A stretch of DNA of 59,023 nt, the filler included, from Dugesia japonica (Eukaryota): assembly GCA_001938525.1 (NCBI GenBank). It is 5 parts of 5 records of this genome, joined end to end, with 100 filler letters (N's around TTAATTAATTAA, not from the genome) between each part and the next. Parts side by side here need not be neighbours in the genome. Positions count along the whole stretch, not along the records: positions 50,456 to 59,023 come from MQRL01425327.1; 4 more parts are not named here. One strand, given 5' to 3'. The notes beneath the pieces were generated by a model that was not told the origin of the DNA, did not search any database, and was given only the letters and a program-made list of their open reading frames with translations. The position numbers were made by a program, and so were the translations under genes. The first letter of the stretch is position 1, and each line of letters opens with the position of its first letter. Below, in pieces: positions 51,690 through 59,023 of this stretch.

Positions 51690-51812
51690 TTTATATAGAT
51701 TTAATTTAACACATTATTTATAATACTATTTGTATTTGTTTAAATGAATCAATTAATTTTATTTCTGAAAAATATGTATATATACACTCTCATTTATTAA
51801 AAATCATTATTA

Positions 51813-52256
51813 ATGTTAGTTAATATTAATTACAATGGTAAAGTGTCGCGAGATGTAACAAGCAAAATGAAGTTTCCTATCAGTAAACCTTCTCAATATG
51901 TTGACAAAAGTGGAAAATATACTTTAATATTCTTTAAATCAAGAAATTGTCGAATAATGGGATGTAAAAAATCGTTGGAATTGGAAACATTACAGTATGA
52001 TACAAAAGATATTTGTTTGCAATCATTAACAATTGTAATCAATTTAGCACAAGTAATCAATTTGTATAAATTAGCAAAAATAACAAAATGTTGGTTTGAA
52101 CCAGAATTGTTTCCTGCATTACAACCTAAAAAGTATGACCCTGTATGTGTAAACGTATTTTCATCATGCAAAGTTGTAATACTCGGTATAAAGACTTTAT
52201 ACTATCAAAGATATGTAGATAATATAATTTCTGATTTTCATAATTTAATTGTTTAA
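51813..52256 (+). CDS. Compact TBP-like protein (147 aa) within a Polinton
   Basis: Two TBP half-repeats: TLIFFKSRNCRIMGCK (cf. TALIFSSGKMVCTGAK) and WFEPELFPAL...VNVFSSCKVVILGIK (cf. YEPELFPGL...LLIFVSGKVVLTGAK). Open and intronless. Confidence 0.85.
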   Translation: MLVNINYNGKVSRDVTSKMKFPISKPSQYVDKSGKYTLIFFKSRNCRIMGCKKSLELETLQYDTKDICLQSLTIVINLAQVINLYKLAKITKCWFEPELFPALQPKKYDPVCVNVFSSCKVVILGIKTLYYQRYVDNIISDFHNLIV

Positions 52257-52599
52257 TTTCACAACATAAATGCATATGGTTGCAATATGAATGCAAGTAT
52301 AACAAGGCATTTTCTTGTTTGATTATTACTTGTTTTTCATTGGTCAATTTTAGTTGGTCAATTTGTGTTAAACAGAGAATTGTATATAACACATTACATA
52401 TTTCATTTTAATCAGTTGTTAATTAAATTTTTAAAAAAAAATATGTATCTAGTTCAAGTAGAAAATATTCGAAAGACATGTAAAGAACCGGCGGAATAAG
52501 ATGGCCAGGTAGATCTGATTAATGAAAAAAGTAATATTTAATTTGTATTTATTCATTATTTAACATTATTTGACTTTTATAATATAAGTCAATCTTTAA

Positions 52600-53138
52600 A
52601 TTATTTGATACTTTTATTCTATTTTTTTTATAAAGCTCGTTTGCTACAGTTGGCGGATCAAGTTTAAACAATTTTACCAAATTATGCATTAGGAAACTTA
52701 TGTTTTTTAATGAATCCATATTGAAATTTAGTTTTTCACACTTTTTTCTTTTCTTAATAATACCAAACTATCCAAAAATTGAATTGCCATCAACGCGTGT
52801 AAACCAGGTTCTAGTATATTTTCAAACTGATGTCGATAGAGTAATACCTCATTATTCGAAATCTTTTCAAAAGCATCCATGAAAAAATCGAGATTGTAAA
52901 CATTCTTCAGATTTTCTGCTTTGTTTGCTTTACATTCGCTTAAGAAATCAATATAATTTAAGCTTACGTATTTATCCTCAGTATTTAATGATGAAAGAAT
53001 TTTCAGAATTTTGGATTAGGCCATTTCTTTCTTGTATTCTTTTTCAATCTCTTCATTTCCAGAACACAAATATCAATATTTTTCATTATTTCTTCTTGTT
53101 TCAATGATTTTGCTAATATTTTAAAAATAATGATTCAT
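52600..53138 (-). pseudogene. Degraded unknown Polinton ORF
   Basis: Long frame with few stops: ...SKILKILSSLNTEDKYVSLNYIDFLSECK...FFMDAFEKISNNEVLLYRHQFENILEPGLHALMAIQFLDSL. Confidence 0.35.
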
Positions 53139-53289
53139 TTAAAAAATCATAAATTTATATACATGTCGGTGTGTCTGCGTGAATGTATGTAATAAACATA
53201 AATTAATCGGATTGGCTAAAAAATTCAAACAATACATAAATATAAAGTCTTTTCAAAATAAATTTAATTAAATTTAATTAAGTTTAATT

Positions 53290-53940
53290 AAATTAAAAAT
53301 TTTCCCCCGCCAAAAAATAGTTTTTAAAATTTCCTGCAAAAAATATTTTTTTAAATTTCTCACCAAAAAATATTTTATTTGAATTTCCCACTAAAATATT
53401 TTTTCTTTTTGAATTTGTTGCTAAAAATAACAAGACTAACCTCTTCCCTCTTCAAAACATAGAAAAACCCACCCTTCCCAATCAAAAATACTCAAAAAAT
53501 ACTCAAAAATACATAAAATACTCAAAAATATCATTACTTTCAATGAATTCATCATTTTAAACAAAAAACAGCATTTTTATACAAAATAAAAATTTCAAAA
53601 GATTATTACATTATACCCGCCTAACAGAAAAATTTCAAAAAAATCTTAAAAAAATTTGATAATTAATTCTTTTTCTACCCATACCACTCTCCCCTCCCGA
53701 ATTTTTTTTAACACACTTATACTACTTACAAATATCAACCAATCAAATTAAAGCCCTCAAAATAAAAAATCAAAGCACATTCGACATACATTATCTTTTC
53801 CATCATATTCCCTTTCCAACAACCCATCAACCAACAAAATCCAACTACCACATACAAACCAACAGCCTCCCAAAAAACACGCCACGATAACTCATAGGAC
53901 TGTATCGTGGCGCCACTACCCTTCTAACAAAAAATCCATT
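53290..53940 (+). repeat. Second copy of the conserved non-coding block (cf. 14170-14810)
   Basis: Colinear similarity, degenerate TTTCCCGCCAAA units, hairpin CGCCACGATA...TATCGTGGCG. Confidence 0.85.
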
Positions 53941-54429
53941 CATCATTGATTACACAATCGTTACGTAATCGGCCAAGAAGATTACGTAATCAACATGAAA
54001 GCATTATGAAATCGTTATGTAATCGTATTGGACATATTTCTTGATTACGCTATCGTTGTGAAATTATTATGCAATCGACAATTACCATTACATAATACTT
54101 ATGTAATCATTACGTAACTATTGCATAATTAGTCTCACCATTACCATATCAACTGTTTCCATAACAACCATTAATACAGTAAGGATTTTTTTAAAAAAGA
54201 ATTTACTTTTCTCGAGAACTATGTCAAGTTACACATCATTTGATGCAGAATTTTACGCTGCTCACGAATATCATAGTCTAAAAGTGTTAAAACATACACA
54301 GCAAATTTTTTAAAAACAAATTATAAAACAACAATATCGATATAATTAACAATAAAACAACAATAATAAATATAATAAGTTAAAATTAAACAATTCTTTT
54401 TACAAAATTTTATTATTTTTAAAAAATAT

Positions 54430-55980
54430 TTACAACAACGAGTAATGCCCATATGCCACACTGCTATTTTGAGAAGTCCAATTCCTTTTGTCATCAAACG
54501 GATCCAATGCTTTCTTTGTTGTCTGAATGGTAAATAATTGATGGTTCACTGTTCCAATTCTGCTTTGAACTACTCGTTTTTTTTCACCATTCTCATATGC
54601 ATCTATATAGTCTTGATGACTAATATTGGTTTGCTTGAGAAATATACATTTACTCTTCATCATTGTTTTTTCATCGGTTTGAAGTGAATTTGACTTTGGG
54701 CGAAGAAATATCCATTCTTTAAAATTAACCAGACCTTTATTTTCATCCTTAAACTTCCCAATAGCTTCTGTTAATTGTGCTGAATAAATATAATCTTATT
54801 TATGAAAATTAGAACTGTCTAGAAGCTTGTCTTGCATCATTGCTGGAAGAAGCTGCTGTTTCTGATCAATATTCTTGCACTCTAGAAAGAAGCTGTCTGT
54901 GCCTCCAGCAACGATGTTTATTTCACAATTAAATCTTTTTTGTATGACTCCATATTGTAACTTATACATTCTGAACTTTGAGAGATCCAGAACTGCTTGT
55001 CCGATATATGATGGTATATCCAATGTTACAATATCCTTATCTAATAAAAGGGCAACCAAATCATCGGTTATTTCGATTAAAACTTTGAATTGTGGCTTAC
55101 TAGCATATGTAATAAGTTTCTTTTCATTGTTGCACAGTCTCAAATTTATACGTTTTAATAGGTTTTCAACAGTTTTTCCATACAGAACTTTGTTTTTTAG
55201 TTTGAAAAAATCTTTCTCAAAGACGTTAGTAGATTGAGCCCGTCAGTCGATATATGACTTAAAAACAGAGCCTTGATCAAACGCTACCGCCCGATTGACT
55301 TTATCTACTTTTGCACCAGTTTCATAAACAATTGAGGCATCCAATAATGCATAATATAATTCTGTTTTGCTACATGTGTCAAAAGTAATTTCTTAACTTT
55401 ACTTCCTGGTGGGCATTACTTGATTGGAGCAAGTTGCAGTTGGTATTTTTGTTATGTTATTCAGGTGGAGTTGATAGGTCTACCTCAAAAACAAGTCCAC
55501 GCTCTTCTTTCTCCGTATCCAAATATTGCAATATTTCTAACATAGTCTTCAGCCAATCTTCATCAATTATACATTTAAAATGACCATATAGTAACGATTC
55601 ACTCAAAGCCCATCCATACAGATTATTAATGTCAGTATAAAGCAGACTTGTGTTTTCATCTGCACGTACTCTATGTTTATTGACAAAGGTCATTCCTCCT
55701 CTTATTCCAGCTTGGAAAAAGAAGTACATTTCAGGCTCTTGTAACAAATCAATCTTAACCGGACATGTTTTTATTGCGGTTGCTCAACTTAGAGCTGGTA
55801 TTGGTATAAAGTTTGCTGCTTTAAGCCCATCCTAATCCTTGACTTGTGTTCTAAATTGTTCAAAAACATTGACAAGCAGGTATATGTCTAATTTTATGTA
55901 TATTAGCATATACTGTAAGAGATTAGTGCAACCGTATTGCGTTCATACTTGTTTTGCTTCATCAGATTCTTCTTGCACCT
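54430..55980 (-). pseudogene. Polinton protein-primed family B DNA polymerase relic
   Basis: AGIRGG, YTDINNLYGWALS, FFKLKNKVLYGKTVEN, PSYIGQAVLDLSK, GGTDSF, KKALDPFDDKR...AYGHY. Confidence 0.95.
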
Positions 55981-56015
55981 TAGTTTTCATTGGTTTAATT
56001 TTCTTTTAAATACTT

Positions 56016-56213
56016 AATTACCAGTTACATTATTAGTAAAATCAAACTTAAGACTATAACTTAAACATTATTATATGGTTTCGATATGGAATATATGAGT
56101 TTCGTCATTGGAAAATAATGGATTTATCATAGACAATACGAGATTTACCATTGGAAAATATTTTATACATATTTTCATTCACCATGCTTAATTTGTCTAT
56201 ATTTTATCAATTT
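56016..56213. repeat. ~200-bp direct repeat of 58251-58450
   Basis: Near-identical sequence; the second copy starts right after a gap. Confidence 0.9.
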
Positions 56214-56545
56214 TATTCAACTGTTCTATGAGACATATACCAATCTTTAGTTTCACCTTCCGGATTTTCAAACTGTAATTTTAGTCCATGAACCACCTTA
56301 GAATGCTTGAATTTTCCAGCTTCTTTAAATACTTTATCACATCAAAACATATCTTCATATGACTTTCATTCATGATACGAGTCATCTTCTGATACTCATT
56401 ATTCCGCTTTTATAGTTCTGATAGAATTGGTGGTCTTTTTCACTTTCTTGTTGGATTAATTTGATTAATCGGCTCAACTTGATTGCTTGTAATTTATTTC
56501 ACTGATTTATCTTGGTTATTTGCCATTTGATTATTTATTTCATCT

Positions 56546-56806
56546 TTATTTTATTGTCCAACGTTGTTTTATGCTTCTTTCTTTCAATTTTAGGTTTTCA
56601 AAAATAGATTTCTTGGAAACTTTAAACGCTACTAGATGATCCATATACTTCCGGTAAAAATCCATATAGGAACTAACTTCTGCTGTCTTGCAAATCAGGC
56701 AAACATAAAATACATTTCTTTTTCTTTTCATCTTGTAATATAGGTCCATCACTTCGTGACAATCATCAACACCACCTGTGTGCGAAGCCAACCCCCCCGT
56801 TGACAT
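56546..56806 (-). CDS. Small unknown ORF with CxxC, probable Polinton accessory gene
   Basis: MSTGGLASHTGG...FYVCLICKTAE...; co-oriented with pPolB. Confidence 0.35.
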   Translation of the reverse strand: MSTGGLASHTGGVDDCHEVMDLYYKMKRKRNVFYVCLICKTAEVSSYMDFYRKYMDHLVAFKVSKKSIFENLKLKERSIKQRWTIK

Positions 56807-57229
56807 AATCGGATTATTACATAAGTGATCCAGTATTTTTCTAATGTAAATAGGCGGCGGCAAACATTTGTGAGCATTAGATAATGTAATTAATTTCGTC
56901 GCGAGATTATTACATAATTTGGTGTTACTTTTTCATTGTGTATTTAGTTGGGGAAAGTTTTTACACACAAATAAAGTCATAGGATTAATTTCATCGATGA
57001 AATTTTACGTAATAGAATTAACCGGTGTTTAATATTTCCTGTGTATTTAGTTGGGAAAATATTTTAGGCTTATTAGGCGGCAAGGGTTTTTGTATTTCCC
57101 GTGTATTTAGTTGGACAAATGTTTCAGGCTTTTTAAGCAACAATATTTTTTAGAATTACAATTATTGTGAGAATAAATTTTTATTTTGATCGAAGCTTTT
57201 TCTTATTTTAATGAAATATTTTTAAGGGT

Positions 57230-57740
57230 TTTTAGTTGGGAATTTATTCGGTGAAGTCGAATGAGGTCAATTTTTTATTGATTTTAGGGGTTTTTATCCA
57301 AAGTTTCCTCGGTGAGTTTGAATAAAGTCGATTTTTGATTGGTTTAACCGAGAATTAATTGTGGCGAATAAAATGACAACCAATTTTACCTAAATCACCC
57401 AAAGATTACCCAAACTATCCATTCCCGAGGAAATAAGTAACCAAATTTATCTGAACCAATCAAATATCCACCGTATTTGGCCTTGCCGAGTAAATTCCTA
57501 ACCAAATTGTTCAAAAATTACCTAAAACCGACCAAGTTTGCCCAAACTGACCAACCTCGAAGAAATAGTTGACCGAATCGTCAAAAAAATTATCCAAACT
57601 CACCTGAACCAACCAAAAATTGACCAAATCGTCCAAAAATGAACCAAATTAACCAACCGAGGAAATATTTGACCAAATCATCGAAAAATTACCCAAAAAA
57701 ATCGACCTTATTCATCCTCACCGAGGAAAAATTGAGTTTA
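57230..57740. repeat. Degenerate tandem and inverted repeat tract (CCGAGGAAA..GACCAAAT units)
   Basis: Repeated units; 57240-57350 is inverted relative to 57430-57730. Confidence 0.6.
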
Positions 57741-59023
57741 ATCTTTATCCATAATTAACTCAATTTCTATTTGCTCAAAATTATTAAATAATAATTATTT
57801 CTTCTTATTGATTTTAATAGAAAATCCGTCCTGATAAGAGCTGAATGATGGGCTTCGTTTCCTCACTACACGTAAGTAATTCAAGAATTAAATTGGGGCG
57901 ATATTTGATGACAACTAAACAATAATAAATCAGTGTTTAAACAACTGTGCTATTATTTAAACAATTATAACAATTGAAATAAATAATAAGCCTTGACGGA
58001 TTTGATTATTTCACAATATTAAATAATAATAATAAATGAAATGAAATTTACGCTTTTATTTTAACTGCTATCTTAGCAAAATTCAATTTTTAGCTTTCAC
58101 TGCTATATTGTAAATGAAAATGTTTAGTTTTAACTGCTAATTATAAGCTTTACACAAACTGCTACAATTTTAGCTAANNNNNNNNNNNNNNNNNNNNNNN
58201 NNNNNNNNNNNNNNNNNNNNNNNNNNNNNNNNNNNNNNNNNNNNNNNNNNTAATTACCAGTTACATTATTAGTAAAATCAAACTTAAGACTATAACTTAA
58301 ACATTATTATATGGTTTCGATATGGAATATATGAGTTTCGTCATTGGAAAATAATGGATTTATCATAGACAATACGAGATTTACCATTGGAAAATATTTT
58401 ATACATATTGTCATTCACCATGCTTAATTTGTCTATATTTTATCAATTTTCACTTATCTTTCCACCATTTCCCTCACTTTAGTGATTTTCTATCACTTAC
58501 CCTCTATTTTCATGATTTACCAATATTTAACTATATTTTGCTATATTTCCCAGTATTTTACACCATTTATCATCATTTACCACCATTTAGATATATTTAG
58601 CTATATTTTCCACGATTTACCCTATGTTGACCCAATTTTCTATTGGGTTTTATTGCATATTTTCACTTCATATTTTCATAGACCTCACTTCATTAATCTT
58701 TACAAAGTGTCATATATTAATAGAAGAAGACAATAAGATTGAATAAGATCTAGTATGATATGCTTTTTTTTTAAATAATAAAACTATTTCAGTATATTTT
58801 AATCACCTATTTATCCTTCTACTTCTTTGCTTGCTCATTGGCATCCCTGCTTGCTCTTTGGTTTGAATGGGTTTCTTTTTTTTTAAATACCTAATTTTCT
58901 GAAATTTTTGTAAAGAATAATAGTTCAACATGAAAAATATGGATCTCATCATTAAAAATACTTGATACAACATTGAAAGTAGTAGTTTCAATAGATAAAT
59001 TTATGATCTCATCAATAAGAACA

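Noticed and set aside
51813-52256. Calling this ORF the host TBP or TRF2 gene
   Set aside because: Far too divergent from the highly conserved host core, intronless, embedded in viral genes and present in more than one copy.
9200-57200. One contiguous giant Polinton spanning the window
   Set aside because: The two regions are separated by three artificial joins and host exons, and their shared genes are diverged.
57825-57865. CTGATAAG-AGC...GCT hammerhead-like motif
   Set aside because: No GAAA core after the stem and no stem I.

Overview
Very AT-rich eukaryotic (invertebrate animal) genomic DNA. The style resembles planarian flatworm genomes, but this is inference only. Four artificial 100-nt spacers (N44-TTAATTAATTAA-N44) split the window into five pieces, so adjacency across them is not trustworthy. 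Most of the sequence is decayed mobile DNA: three Ty3/Gypsy LTR elements (one near full length), two Penelope-like elements (PLEs) plus several short inverted PLE-end insertions carrying minimal hammerhead ribozyme motifs, several mariner and hAT relics, Helitron ends, and two Polinton/Maverick-like regions (pPolB, packaging ATPase, adenain-like protease, capsid-like fragment). Host genes are visible only as exons: the last exon of DNAL4 and two exons of a PTPN3/4-like phosphatase. The most interesting signal is a compact TATA-binding-protein (TBP)-like gene found twice, each time in a Polinton-like region. One copy has an open reading frame and lies head-to-head with the packaging ATPase; the other is a diverged pseudogene. 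Both lie near a conserved non-coding block that begins with tandem CDE/E2F-CHR-like motifs. All assignments come from manual translation and remembered motifs; no database searches were run, and many boundaries are approximate.
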